Notes: generated by a model not told the origin, from the letters alone. A DNA stretch of 64,000 nt from the human T2T-CHM13v2.0 reference genome, Homo sapiens (GCF_009914755.1 NC_060932.1); one strand, 5' to 3'. Positions 31,551 to 46,699 are shown, counted from the stretch's first letter. A program made the numbers and translations.

Positions 31551-32227
31551 ATAAAAACTATATTTTAAATGCTCAAAATTGAATTTTCAAAAAGGTTTTA
31601 CAACGAAAAATCAGGGTTTGTTTATAAATGCCCCATGAGTGAAGAACATAGTATCATAAAATGTCAATGGCATAAGAAAACTTTGAACTTCCTTCATTTC
31701 CACAAAGGTGGAAGTTTAAAGTAAGGGAATTTATAGCCCTTCCCAGTGTAACACAGATGTTTTACAAACAACAGCTGCATTGATAACTGACATTTAATGA
31801 GGTCTTACTACATGCCAAGCACTAGTCCAAGCACTTTACATATGCCTTACTAAATGATTCCCAAAACCTTACCAAAAAAGTGCCATTGTTTACAGATGAG
31901 AGAAATTGAAGCTTAGAAAGAACTCACCCCCATTCAGTTCAGTGTGCCTTCTACTTCTCCACCACAATCTCTCATGTGTAATATGCTCAGCCATCTCCCT
32001 TTATTCTAAAACTATTTCATATTTCACTTCATATTCATTTGACAAACAAATCTTGAATATCCACCCTCTATAAGGAAGAAGCCTATCTTAAATCGCTCAA
32101 CTGGAGTCCCACATCTTCAAGCACAACAGCAAAATCTCGTAATTCCTTTGTCTGCCTGGTGGAGTCTCAATTGATACATTTTAGGAAATAATTTGAGAAA
32201 GGCAATGTGAAATTAAATCAGTTCCAT

Positions 32228-32752
<525 letters not shown>

Positions 32753-32900
32753 TTAATAACAGGAAACAGGGAAAGTACAAGAACAGAGCATGCTACAATA
32801 GAAGCAGCATGAAAAACCATGTGATACACTTAAAAAGCAAAAAATGTTCAGTGTATCTGAAGTATAGGTTACATGGATAGAAAAAGTATGCAATGAGCCT

Positions 32901-32978
32901 AGAAAGATGGTTTGACTCAAATCGTGAATGTCCTTGAGAAAGATGGTTTGAATCAAATCGTGAATGTCCTTGAGAAAG
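32901..32978. repeat. 36-bp tandem duplication
   Basis: agaaagatggtttga(c/a)tcaaatcgtgaatgtccttg occurs twice, with one mismatch. Confidence 0.9.
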
Positions 32979-33497
32979 AGTTGAGACTTTACTAGATAGA
33001 CAAAGGGTAGACACTGCAGATTCTTAAGGAAGAGAATGTGATTTAGCTTGCATTCTAAGGAGGTAACTCCGGCCGCAATGTGACGCACAGGCTGGAAGGA
33101 GCAAAGCCAGGGAACAGGACCATGATGTCAAGAGTCTACTGCACTATTCCAAGTATAGGTGTTGAGAGTCTGAACCACAGTCATGACCACGATGGGAAGA
33201 GGGGAAATCCCCACATGAGAGAAACTCAGGCATTAGAATGGGCATTCCAGGCAATTAATAGGATACAGGATAAGTATGACAACTTGGGGATGACTGACAA
33301 AGTTTTAAGCTTCCCACACTAAGAAAATGCCAACACCCTTAACTCAAACGGGAAACATAGAAGGAAAAGAGAATGAATTCAGCTGAGGATATGGTAACCG
33401 CAGGATCCTATGAGACATTCAGGAGACAAATCCAGCCTTCATTGGGAAACTGAAGTTCAGAGGTCAGGAGTGGAAATATAACCATGTGAAATCATGA

Positions 33498-33867
<370 letters not shown>

Positions 33868-36327
33868 AACAATATTTTTTAACTTTATAATCTCAATGAC
33901 TCACTGTGTAATTCCTTATTTTTAAGAACCTTTTTTTTTCACAACTCAAATTATTACTTTTGATGTATAACTAACTTCATAATTTTTGAAACCAAAATTT
34001 CTTTTCCATCTGCTCAGTTTTCTCCCCCATGATGAAGCATACTTGTGTGTCACGTCCCTGAGGTCACAGGACTTAACAATTACAGTAAAAGCCCCTTGTT
34101 TATTTATGACATAATGATCACAGTTACAACAACAAAAGATTTTGTTCAACAGATATTCCTACTGTGTATAGTCTGTGGCTGCAAGCCAGCCGAGATTCCC
34201 AACCCTGGCTTGCCTCTGTCTGCACCACGCTCTGCTCTGCGGCAAATGAGAGACAGCTGATGTGAACAGGGAGGCAAAGAAAGGCAACACCAAAACTGAG
34301 GGCCACTGGAAATATGTAGAAAATGCACCACTTCTTTCATTTCCTGCCCTTCCCCAGCCCCAAGAAACACAGTAAAATGAGGCGAGGTCCATCTCACTAA
34401 GATCAAGGCCCCAGTAACGCACACCCTCATCCAAACCAAGTCCCTGTCTACTCTGACACTGATGGATGGCAAACTTTTAACACATTTTCTTTGGGCTGAG
34501 TAGCAAAATAATGAGCAAGCAACAAAATGAAGGGGTAGCTGAATAAATTACATTCTGACATTTTCTATCTCATCCAATCCTTGTCTTTCAAACAAATGAC
34601 AACTGTATCTAAGTTGATAGATAACCTCCTTGGTACAGAAACAAACTAATGGAAGTCATCAGTGTTGAAAGTCTAACCAGGGCCGTGACGATGGAAGGAA
34701 GAAGACGAATTCCACATGTGATAAACTCAAGCATTAGAATGAGTCTTCCAGGCGATTAACAGGATATGGGGTAAGACAATTTAAGGATGACTCCAAAAGC
34801 TGTAAGCTTCCAAAACTTAGAAAACAGCAACACCCTTGACTGGTGTCTGATGCTGGCTGGTACAGTCTTTAGTGGGTGCAGCCCCTTGTCAGTGTCGGAC
34901 ACTGAGATCCAACAACCACTGAGTAAGTGTCCTTAGCTGGCTGCAGGTGACCCAGGATGTGGGGTCAGGCATGTGCTCCAGAGCCAGGCGCCCGGAACTG
35001 TAATCCCAGCTCGCACACGCAGCCGCGGAAGCCCACCATGCCTTACTGCCTCCTCCTCGTAATCTCAGCCTGCAATGATCCCTCTAACCATGATGATCAG
35101 AGGAGTTCACACACATGAAGGCACATGTTACACCAGGCCCAGCACACAAGAGGTGTGTGACAACTCCTGTCACACACTCTCACAGGACCCAGAAACAGAC
35201 TGCAGGCAAAGGCTGGTCACTGTTCCTCTACATCCAGAAGGTGCTGCATTTGAGGAAAGATAAAACAGGAAGAACATTCTAAGAAGATAAATACTGGCTG
35301 GGTGAGTGAGAAAATTAATTAATCAAGCTTGAGCAGGCCAGGACTGTGACATATGAGCCACAGACAGAGAGGATCAGGACTTGTCAATCCAGAAAGCAGA
35401 GATAGAGAACAAGGTCACCGGCAAGAGAGAGAACAAACGGACTGCGACTCATCCAGATGCGCCTCCCTCCGGCTCTGCCATGCAGCACGTGGGTGCGGGT
35501 ACCGGATCCACCTGCCCTGAACCTGCTGCCTCCCCCACCAAAATGGGCTGCCTAGGTGTCAGATGGGCACGTGATCAGCGGTGCTGTGAGAGTGGCTGTG
35601 GGAACAGAGGGAGGTGGAGCCAAGGCTTAGGAGGGCAGTTAATAATAACTGAGAGGGCTGCGAGATGAACCCTCAGGCCCTCAGGGCTGTGCACAAACAG
35701 CCAAGCAAGCACCACGGGCCGGGCACCCTGTTGCCTGGTGCAGGTGTTCTGGAGGGGCCTTCCAGAACAGGCTGGACCCCAGTGGACTGAGCAGAGAGTC
35801 TTCTCCCCTGCAAAACGGGGTTGTCTGACAGTCAGTCCAGGAGGAGATAAATCCTGAACGTTCTAAAGAGGGCCTCCGTATTTTATTTTATACCAAGGAA
35901 TATGCCATTTCTTCCCCTAAAACAGATCCCTGCCACTTAGAAGTTGCTAAAAAAAATTATTAATTTGAATTAAACTCAATGTCTTTTTTTAAATGACAGC
36001 CAGAAAAGTCTTATTTTTCTCTCTCAGATCACCGAAGTGGACACCAGCAAGACTGGGTGGCTGCATGGGCCAAATAACTGTATTCTGTCCCCACGCCATA
36101 CGTATAAGCAAAGCCCACAAATATGGACCAGTGGGCAAAGGAGGCACAGGGGAGGTCTTCAGCTGACATTTCATATGTGTCCGCTCCATTACCACTTCCA
36201 AAAGAGCAACACAAGCATATAATGTACTGTCAGTCACTGTGGCCTCCTTTGCAGGTCATAAAAATTAATTGAGTGGATAGCGACCAGCGTCCCTTAGGAT
36301 GGGACAGGACAGACGAGACCATGGTGC

Positions 36328-37150
36328 ATGGTACAGGTTGAATCGTGTCCCCTCCCCGCAAAATTCGTATATTGAAGTCCTAACCCCCAGCACCTCAGAA
36401 TGTGACCGTGTGTGGAGACAGGTTCTTCAAAGAGATAATGGAGGTAAAATGAGTTTTGCTGGGGTGAACCCTAAGCTAATATGACTGGCGTCCTTATAAC
36501 GAGAGGGGATTAGGACACAGGCACAGAGGAAAGACCATGTGGAGACCTGTCAAGAAGACGGCCACCTACAGGCCGACGGGAAACGGCTCAGAGAAAACCA
36601 CCGCCACCAGACGGCCACCTACAGGCCGACAGGAAACGGCTCAGAGAAAACCAACGCCACCAGACGGCCACCTACAGGCCGACAGGAAACGGCTCAGAGA
36701 AAACCACCGCCACCAGACAGCCACCTACAGGCCGACGGGAAACGGCTCAGAGAAAACCACCGCCACCAGACGGCCACCTACAGGCCGACGGGAAACGGCT
36801 CAGAGAAAACCACCGCCACCAGACGGCCACCTACAGGCCGACGGGAAACGGCTCAGAGAAAACCAACGCCACCAGACGGCCACCTACAGGCCGACGGGAA
36901 ACGGCTCAGAGAAAACCACCGCCACCAGACGGCCACCTACAGGCCGACGGGAAACGGCTCAGAGAAAACCAACGCCACCAGACGGCCACCTACAGGCCAG
37001 AGAAAAGGCCTCAAAACAAGCCAGCACCACCAACACCTGCATTTCAGATCTCTGGCCTTACAGCCACCTACAGGCCAAAGAGAAAGGCTTCAAACCAGCA
37101 CCGCCAACATCTGCATTTCAGATCTCTGGCCTTTGGGGCCAGAATAACAA
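36328..37150 (+). mobile_element. MLT1B-like MaLR solo LTR hosting a minisatellite
   Basis: 'ttgaatcgtgtccc...gaagtcctaacccccagcacctcagaatgtgac...atgactggcgtccttata...ggaaagaccatgtg' matches the recalled MLT1B consensus. Confidence 0.85.
36556..36999. repeat. 53-bp minisatellite, 8 full units plus a partial
   Basis: Unit agacggccacctacaggccgacgggaaacggctcagagaaaaccaccgccacc starts at 36556, 36609, 36662 ... 36980. Confidence 0.97.
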
Positions 37151-37708
37151 ATTTGCAGTATGTGAAACATATGGCAAGATTAATTTTTACAGTATCTAAT
37201 AATTATTCTCTGTCACTTCACATTGAAGTGACAGAAAATACTAATCGGCTTGAAATTATCAATCAAATCTGAGATTCAGTATCTAATACAGAGATCTTTG
37301 ACAAGTGAATGAACATATATGAGTGCTTATTTAATCCAATTCCTACACTTTTTATAAAGGAGAAAACTGAGGGCCAGGGAGAAGAGAAGTTCACACGTGG
37401 AAAGGCTAAGGATAAAGTCTCACCTCCCAACTCCTCATCTGGTCCTTTGTCCAAACAAACAAACGAGGCCGAACCCTGAGGAAGACCCATAGTCCTTGTG
37501 CATCCAGCCTGCATGCCCTTTTCCAGTTCGTTCCAGTTTCCAGATCCAATACTGCGTATGAAACCCTACCACTTCACTATGGCTTCAATTCAATCATCAG
37601 AAATTCTGCTTATCTTATTCTCACATGGTCCTGATACAGAGATGCCTACATTTTCATCACTGAAGTCACACTTAGCATTAAGTACCTGCAACATACCACT
37701 GAGATAAA

Positions 37709-38006
<298 letters not shown>

Positions 38007-39081
38007 CAAGATAAACATTTTTTAAACTAAATTGGTCAGTTAAAGATTAGAGTCAGAGTCAGACACAGTCAAAAATAAAGGCTCCCCCATCTGTTCCCAC
38101 CTGGCTGAGAAACAATCTTTGGGTAACAATCACCTGCAGAGAAACAATCTTTTGGTAACTTTAGCTCGTTACTCTGTTGCTAAAACTTTCAATAATACCC
38201 ACTGAAAGCCTAACATTTCACCAGAGAGATAGAAACTTTTCTTTCTAACTTAGAGACCTAAGTAAAAATATGTAGGTCTCTTAAGTTAGAAAGAACTGTA
38301 CAGCCTCACCCGGGAAACTGCCCACCTGCCTAGTGGGTGAAGTAAGCAAACACACCAGCACTGTTGAAATCCCACTGTGGCAGGCACAATGCCAGGCAGC
38401 TGACACATTCTTTCTGATAAATCCTCCACCTAACTAGGCACAATCTTCTTATTTTTGCAGTTGAAAAACAGGCTTGGTAAAGTCAGTAAATTGTCAAAGG
38501 TCACATTTGATAAAGTACATGAGCCAGGATACAAACCCAGCTCTGCCTGACTTTAAAGATCACAGCCCCTACTGTCCTCTGCTGAATTAAAGCATCATCG
38601 TCCCCTTCCTACACATGCAGTAGCCCAGGCCCAGGGGCAGTCAGCATCTTCCCCAAGGCCACTCAAATACCCATGAATGATATGCATACCTCATCAAAAT
38701 AGAAAACTGTGAGACTCTTTAAGAGCAGCATATGCTGAAACACTCTTTGGAAGTCACGAACAAATCCACGTAACCAACAACAATTACTATATATTGAGCA
38801 CAGGTTCTCAATTGAGAACAGGTTGAGAACAGGTTCTTTATATACACTGTTTCTAATCCTTATGACAGCACAGGAAGATAGGTATTCATCCTCATGTTAC
38901 TGAGGAGGAAACAACAGCAGAGGAAAAAAAGGCAACTGGGCTTATTAAGCATTTATTGAGCCTCTATGATTAGGCTGGGATTAAAAACACAAAAAGACTA
39001 CATTCCAGCTGTCCCACCTCACACCTCAGTCCACAGACATGAAAACTAAAAATTAATACATATGAAATATAAAAATTAATG

Positions 39082-39508
39082 TGTAGGCCCTGAAAAAGCC
39101 AGCTCCACAGGATGAATCCATCCTGAGTGGCTAACGGGACCTACATTCAAGTTAGACTCAAGCAGCCATCTGTTGACTAGAGGTCACACACAGACCTTGA
39201 GTTCCTGGAAAACCCACGTGTCTGCTTAACTTAGGGGCCTACATAGCTGCCTGTTCCCATTCATGCCATCAATAGACTGTGACCTGCAACAACCAATCAG
39301 AACTCAGCAAGTCTGAAACCTTCAAGTACATAAGTGAACCTGAGTGGGAACCTGGGCGGGAACTTTCTCTGTAAAAGACAAACCTTTCTTTTGTTCTCTG
39401 GAATGGATAGCTTCAGTTTGCATCAAAGGCTGTTCTCCTCAGTTTGTAAACTATTCCCCAGAATAAAGTCTCCCCTCTAAAGTCCTTTTCAGAGAACTCA
39501 TGTTCACA
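39082..39508 (+). mobile_element. Solo ERV LTR (LTR47-like)
   Basis: TG...CA termini with aatg flanking repeat. Internal CCAAT box (~39293), GGGCGG (~39354) and AATAAA (~39462). Confidence 0.75.
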
Positions 39509-41865
39509 AATGTGATAAGCATTGTTATATACGCATGGGAAAAAAAAAAAAAAACTTTGGGAAGAAAAAAATTTTCTTCTACCAAAAGGTGTCAAGGAAA
39601 GGGGCTGGAGGGAAGCACGGAGCACGGGAAGGGGGGCTAGTGCTCCATTCTGGGTAGTGAAAAGCCAGAAGAAACTCACAGTACGTGTGTGTAGAGCCTC
39701 TGCTCTGGGCACAGCAGCTAAGTCTCTCTCCCAAGCTAAGGAGGCGGCCTGGGCCAGACTGAAAGAGCAGTGCACAATGTGTGGGGCCTTTGGCCTCTGA
39801 CACTATTTCAGCAGAAGATTGCTGCAGATAAACACCTGCTTTAGAAAGAAAGATCACTTTATCATAGGGGTGGAGGACAGGAAAGAAAGGGCGGATCTGG
39901 AAGGCAGGAGGTCCCTCAGGATGAGTTGCCATATTCCGGACCAGAAGTGGCAGAGTCCAGGCTGAGTAATGGTGTCTTGGCACTCTGTGCAGCAGATGGT
40001 GGGCGGGCAAACGGAAAGCAGGACTGCACTGCACTGCTGGGGAGAGGACACCACCTGGAGCCACGTTGTCCCACAGAGACAAGATCCTTCGTGACATTGC
40101 AGAAGGTCCCTTTCGATACCACCCTGGGATGTTCTATTTTGGTTCACCTAAAACCTGGCAAATTAGTATTTTCCTATAACTAGTATATCCACTAATATAT
40201 TTGGGATTTTGAAGTACTGATAGTTTTTCTTCACCTCACTATTTTACATGTGTGGTTTCTCTACCAAGCAGGCATTTTATTAGCAGGTACTTATTATGTT
40301 GTACTACATGATATTTATCTCTTCAACATACAACTAAAAGTACATCAAAAGCTTCCCTTCATTTCTGCTGGGGTTTTATTCAATCCCTTCTCTCTAGTTC
40401 TGAACAAACAAAAGGGATTGCATAAATTGCAATGGAAACAAATTATACCCCTTTACTGACAAACTCCCACTGGGATTCCTTGTAACACAGCAATGCAGAT
40501 GCATACCTTCTCCCCAGCCCAGTGAAAAATGAAATATAGCAAATCGAAGGTCCAAAGAAACCACATAAGCCATCTGGAGAAAAAAATGCAAGGGGGAAAA
40601 ACGCATGTCAGGAATGAAAAATAGGAAATATATATACATATATCCTTGGCAATACAAAAAATCATGTCATTCATTTTTGGCCAGAGTTCGTATTTTAGCT
40701 CTTTATGCTCTGCTATATGAAGCTAAGGGACAAAAACTCAAATGTGAAGTCTGCATACTTCACAATGGGAACAAAATACAATATAGGACATCAACATACG
40801 ACACGTAGGGCTTTCAACCCGAACCCCGTATATTTTAGTCTGTTAATCTATACAATGGGAAGCTTGCGATCACTATGGCCAAATTCTAGCAAAATTCCAA
40901 AATCCAGCAAAAATAACACATTATTGTTTTAATACTATTTTAGAATTTACTGAAATTCAAAAAATATAAAGGACATATATTAAAATATCCAAGATGATAA
41001 AAGATGACCAGAAAAGCACATCACAATTGAAAACTCCTCATAAGTGAAAAGCCAGCATGGGGTAGGAAATGGAGGGGTGGCTCTGGCCCTGTGTGGTCCT
41101 GAGCCCAGCAGTGCTGGGCTGCGGCCTCAACCCTCACTCTCCAAGGATGACTGCTGGGCTGAAGCCCATGGCATGCATATCAGCCTCGGCATTTTTCTTT
41201 TCATTAAAAGTGTTTCACTAAATCTTTAACCAAAGGTGATACAGTGTTTTGCATTACTTTTCAAACATATAAGTTTACAAGCCATGAGAAATCTCACTGG
41301 GCCACGTCGTGAATCTGACTTGGGAAATACTGCCACCCACAGAGGCAGGGCCGCGAAAGGACGCAGAATTCCTCTAGGGGTGACAAGGCAGCAAAGGTGA
41401 CTCTGCACATTTCACTTCCTAACCAGTCAAACGATAAGTGAGGAGGGGAAAGAAGGGAGGCTGGTTTTCAGAAACAGACAAAGACCCACAGAAGCCCTTA
41501 GTTAAAAATACCCCACTAGTAATTTCCACTTGTCAAAGCCTGTGTCTCAGACCTGGCACACACCTCCTGTCCTGGCCTCCCCGGGGTCCCTGCAAAGCAC
41601 AGATTCCTGGGTCCTGGACCAGGGATTCTGACTTGATAGGAATGGGGCCCTGGAACTGGCATTGTAAATTCTGAAGATTTTCTTTAAAAATAAAAGCATT
41701 GTCCCTGAGAACTAAGTCTTACTTGCACAAAATAACCAAATCCACACCCAGCTGAGTGTGGAGGGCAGAGGGAGAGAGGAACTAACAGCTGTCTGAGCTT
41801 CCCAAGCCGAGACAGAGTGGAGGGAACGGTGGAAATGGAACCAGCTTTAATCCTCACACACACCC

Positions 41866-42190
41866 TGTTATGGTCTGAACGTCTGTGTCCCCCCAAATTC
41901 ACGTTATACCCTAACTCCCAAGGTGATGGGATTAAGAGACAGGGCCTTTGTGGGGGCGATCAGGGCATGTGAGTAGAGTTCTCATGATAGGAGGAGTTCC
42001 CTTGTAAAGGAGATCCCAGAGAGCTCCCTCGCCCCTTCCAGCATGTCTCTGAGCCAGGAAGTGGCCCTCACAGGACACAAATCTGCTGGCACCCTGGTCT
42101 TGAACTTCCAGCCCCCCGAGCTGTGAGAGGTAAATGTCCCTTATTTATAAGCCACCTAGTCTGCAGTATTTTGTTAAAGCAACCAGTAAA
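41866..42190 (+). mobile_element. MLT1A-like MaLR LTR
   Basis: 'tgttatggtctgaacgtctgtgtccccccaaattcacg...gaacttccagcc...ataagccacctagtctgcagtattttgtt'. Confidence 0.82.
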
Positions 42191-42289
42191 GATGCACCCC
42201 AGGAGGTGGGTCCTTCTTGTGCCCCTTTTCCAAATGGGGAAAATGAGGTGGGGAGAAGTTACATGACTTTCCCCTGCTGCACGGGGAGT

Positions 42290-43300
42290 CAACAGACATT
42301 TGCTGAGCCCCTGTCACACAGTGCTCCAAGCCACAGAGACTGCGCAGGACGGTGGCACGCCTGCCCTCAAGGAGCCTCCATCTAGCAAGGAGGGAGACTG
42401 ATGGTAGCGCCAGGCAGAGAAGGGTGGGCGTTTGGCTCAGAACTGAGGTGCACAGAAATGGCAGCCATGCCAAGACCCAGGGGGAAGCTGTTCATGCAGA
42501 AAAAAACAAGTGCAAGGTCCCGGACAAGAGCCAGAAATCAAGTTTGTTTTCTCAGAGACACAGAAACAAGACAAACCTGGCTGGTGCTGAGTGAATGTGC
42601 AGAAGACTGGAGAGAGGTGAGCAAGGAGAACTGAGGAGAAACATCAGGTGGACCTGGGAGGCCTCCAAAAATAACCCGGCTTTCCCTCCACTTCCTGATA
42701 CGTGTCCTGGGAGCCACCAGGGAGGTTGAAGCAGAAAGGTGCTATGGCGTGAAGCCGTGGTCATATCTGGGATGTGCTGAGGCAGTGAAGCCTCCAGGAC
42801 TTCCTGATGTACTAGACGTGGGGCCTGACGGCGGGGAAGCCACGACAGCGTCAAGGTTTCTGCCCAAGCAGTGGGGCGGGCAGGGGCACCCTGCGCCCTG
42901 TGCTGAGAGGGAAGCGAAGGCAGGGTGGGCGGGTCGACAGTCAGGCCTGCAGCACCCCAGAAGGAAGAAGTACAGGCACCATGAATGCAAAGACCATTCC
43001 TGAAGCCCCAGGGCCAGGTGAGATCCCCCAGCAGAACATGCAGAAGTGGGAGAGCAGGCAGGGTTGAGGAGGTCCTCTGTGTGGGTGGTGAAGCCACCAG
43101 GAACAGAGATGGGGTGGAGGTGCTGAGGACAGAGCAGGCCAGGTACTGAGTGAGGAGAAGTAGCCAGTGCACCTGGCAATGACCACAACACAAGGAAAGG
43201 CAGGAGCCATCAATCCTAATGGTACACCCTCCCAAAGAGCTGGAGTGTTCTGAGGAGGACTGCTTGGAAGTAGCAACGGAAAATGATGCCCGTCCCATCT
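42290..43300 (-). mobile_element. L2 fragment (degenerate)
   Basis: Begins with an L2 3'-end motif 'aacagacatttgctgagc...cctgccctcaaggagc'. Extent uncertain. Confidence 0.5.
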
Positions 43301-45279
43301 CTGGGCCCTGAGGTCCTGGGGGCAGAGGAGAAAAACCAGCATGCATTTGAGAGAACAGCAGGGCAGGCAGGCCAAAAAAAGGGCTGGTTCTCATCTCCTC
43401 GGATTGCTAGGATGGCATTGTGAGTGGGACAGATATGTATTGGCCGGCACTGGGCTATACTTGCATTTCACTTCCCTGTCCCTTCCGACTAAATGCTGGC
43501 GACAGGCCCCAGTCACAGTTATGCCAGAAACACTCCCACACATTTCCAAACTTCCCTGCTGAAGAGCCACTCACTCCATATGAGAAGGTTAAGGGAACAC
43601 TCGGGGAGGAAGAGGATGAGGAAATGCAGGAGTCAGCTACCAAAAGACCTCAGGTTCCTGCAGTCACCACGGAAGGGGTCACGGGAGCAGGAAGGGATGG
43701 GAAACGGGGCTGGGGTGGAGACTCCTGGAGATGGACCACCTGGGGCCTGGGCCGCTGACAGAATGGAGAGGCACAGAGATGTGGCCACCGTGGACATCCG
43801 GGGAGACCGAGAGACAGCAGCTGAAGACCCAGGGAAGGCTGGACACAGCCCTGGGGTTGGGGCAGATGCAAGGGGACAACCCAAAGGGGCTTACGGGACT
43901 GGAAGAGTTAAGGAAACAAACACATCCTAGTGTTCAAAGCCAGCTCTGCCACCTCCAAATCCATACTCAGACATGCAAGGTAGGATGGCACCAAATAGAA
44001 ACCGAGCCTTCGACCTAAGGAAGCTGAAACACGTGAAACTGCCTGGAGTGCATCGGCTGGGGAGGGTGAGGGTGTGGGAAGCAGCAGCCAACCTCGGCTT
44101 CTCCCAGTTGCTCCATCTCCCCAGCCAGTTTCTCCAGGTCATCCCCAAAGGAACTGCGTGCCCCTCACACTGCTGGGATTACGCACAGTACCCAACTTAC
44201 GCGAGATGATCCACAAATACCTGCAGAAAGGATGTAAAGGGAGCGGCTGCTCCTGTGCAGATTTTCCAGCTCCTCCTTGTCCCTTATTATCCGAACAGTA
44301 CTCCTAGAACCCGTCAAACACATCCTTTGGAGTCCTGAGGGTCTACTAAAATTAAATGCTCAGCTCAAACACCACAATTTTACATGCAAAAACCAAGATT
44401 TTTAAAGGAGTTAGTTACTTTATTTTTTCTTATGCTTTTCACTGTCCAATTCACTCTCATTCAGAAAGCCTCACATAATATCAGATCAATATTTTTCTAT
44501 CCAAGATGGGAAGAGGGAGGAGGAGAATTATTAGTATCCCTGTCTAACCCATCTAACTACACCTGTAAGGATGGACTTGCCAAAGAGAAAACAAAACAAA
44601 AAGTTGTTTCAGGTGTTAAAATTTCAATCAAATATCAAATATGCTAGAGAGAGATGCAAAGAAAATGAATGATTTTTCTTGATGGGGATTTATCTCCTGC
44701 TTCCTAAAAGTGGACTTGAGATTCACACCAGAAATTAAAATCGTCACCACTGTGTCCACTCGGCTGAGTTGGAATGACACTTCCCAGCCCCTCGCTGTGA
44801 AGCTGAGTCAGCACATGGAGTGATGTCTGAGGCAGAGGCACGGGGTAGCATCGGTTCCGGGGCCCAGGGCAGGACACACACCCACACTGGTGGACTGGGC
44901 AGCATCCCACCCATAGCTCCTCTGCTCCTCCAGCTCTGGGCCAGGCACGCATGTTTAGCACGGCCGCAAAGGGCACCAGCCTCTCCTCCAGGAGCCCCCA
45001 CCATTAGAGCGGGAGGCTGGGAGGTGGTGAGAAGCTGACATGGGCTCCAGGCCATCCCCATGGGGTCCAGCTCAGCCCCACAGTTCCTAGCTTGTCCTTG
45101 CTTCCCTCCCTTCACATCCGCCTTCCCTTCCCAGCCACCTGCCTGCCTCAGGCCTTCTGGATCCAGCAGCAGACACCGAAACGATGCTTCACAGGCCTGG
45201 GTAGCCAGCTCCCACAGCACGTAGCCCAATCCCCTATAAGAAATCCTATCTATGTGTGCATATGTATGGACATGTGCAC

Positions 45280-45652
45280 TGACAAAGACTCTCCTTGACC
45301 AAACTTCAGACAAGCTCCTGTGAGTCCTCTTTCCAACGAGGCCTCATCCTTCAGCCCTGTCCTCAGCCTGCCTAGCCCAGTTTCAACAAGAATCCCGGGA
45401 AGTCATCCTGGGCCTCCCTGTTAGGCAAGTTTAGCAAGAATCCCCTACACTTAATGTCTCTCCTCTTAGTAATTTTCCATCCACTGACCCCCTCACTCTG
45501 CTCATTGGCTATAAAGCCCCACTTGGCCTTGTTGTATTCAGAGCTGAGTTCAATCTCTCCTCTGTTGCAATAGAGTTGACTCCTACTGTAGTAGTCTTAA
45601 ATAAAATTCTCCTTACCATTTTAACAAGTGTCGGAATAATTTCTCTTTGATG
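45280..45652 (+). mobile_element. MER31-like solo LTR
   Basis: Starts 'tgacaaagactctccttgaccaaactt'. Contains 'ctcattggctataaa' and AATAAA at ~45600. Confidence 0.8.
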
Positions 45653-46699
45653 GTGTACATGTATGTCTCTAGAACTGTTATGAATACAGTGATTTTTATA
45701 GCTGTCTCATAATTTTCCAGGTGGTACTTCTTCCTTTTCCATAAGTCCTCTGGTCAAAGGCTGTTTTGAAATTGTTCCAGGTTCAATGTTCAATGGGTGT
45801 CTTTTCCTTCAAAGAAACATAAACATATATCATCACCCCACCACCAGGGACCAGGAGCACTGGGCTGAGAAGAATTTGCCATCGGCAACTCCAGCAGCTC
45901 TAAGAAGGGCATTCACTCAGATGACAACTGAACAAAAATGTCAGTCAAAGGTGCCATGGCAAGTGTTTCCCCCTTTCCGAGGCGCTGGGACGCCAGGGGT
46001 CCTGCTGTTCTGCCACTCACAGCTGACTGGATAACTGGGTGACTGTGGGCAGACCACTTCATTCACATCACAAAGCACGATGGCAGGACACCATCTGCCC
46101 CATCAAATCCCAACTAAGTTTCAGTGATAGTCAAATGAGCAGGAGGGAGGAAGCAATCAGAAGACTGGAAAAGAACTTCACATAAAAGAGATACAACAAA
46201 CAAACCTGCAGAAAAAATCCAACCTTGCAAGTCACCAAGAAAACGCAAATTAGAAGAGTAAGGCAGCGTTCTGCACACACTCAATTAGCAGCCCTGCTGC
46301 TGGCTGCATCCAGCAGTGTCTCAACAGCAATCACAACGCTCAAAAAGGCTGACCCAGGAAGCCCCCTCCTGATGAAAACTCTCTCCTGCTAAAAAAAAAG
46401 CCAAAGACCTAAAGATGTTCACCACAGTGTTATCAACAGTACCAAAAACAACCTGAAAAGCAAGCAAGAAAGGGAACAAAAAAAAGCATGTATTATTAAT
46501 GCATTCAACTATAGGTGACTGCCAACATGTGCCTCTAGCTAGCTGTAGGGTGTGGGGCTTCCTTTGGAGGTGATAAAAATGTTCTAAAACTGACTGTGGT
46601 GATAGGTGCACATATCTGTGAACATGCCAAAAAGCTGAAGTGTACATTTTAAATGGCATCTAAAGGCATGAGGCCGAGGGGAATCACCAGACACTGGGA

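Noticed and set aside
36556-36999. Possible CRISPR-like array
   Set aside because: Units are contiguous with no unique spacers, the context is eukaryotic, and there are no cas genes.
36537-37199. 220-aa and 202-aa repetitive ORFs
   Set aside because: They are read-through of the stop-free 53-bp minisatellite inside an LTR.
42552-43394. 280-aa minus-strand ORF
   Set aside because: It lies in GC-rich degenerate L2-like DNA, shows no recognisable domain and has no TRAPPC9 similarity.
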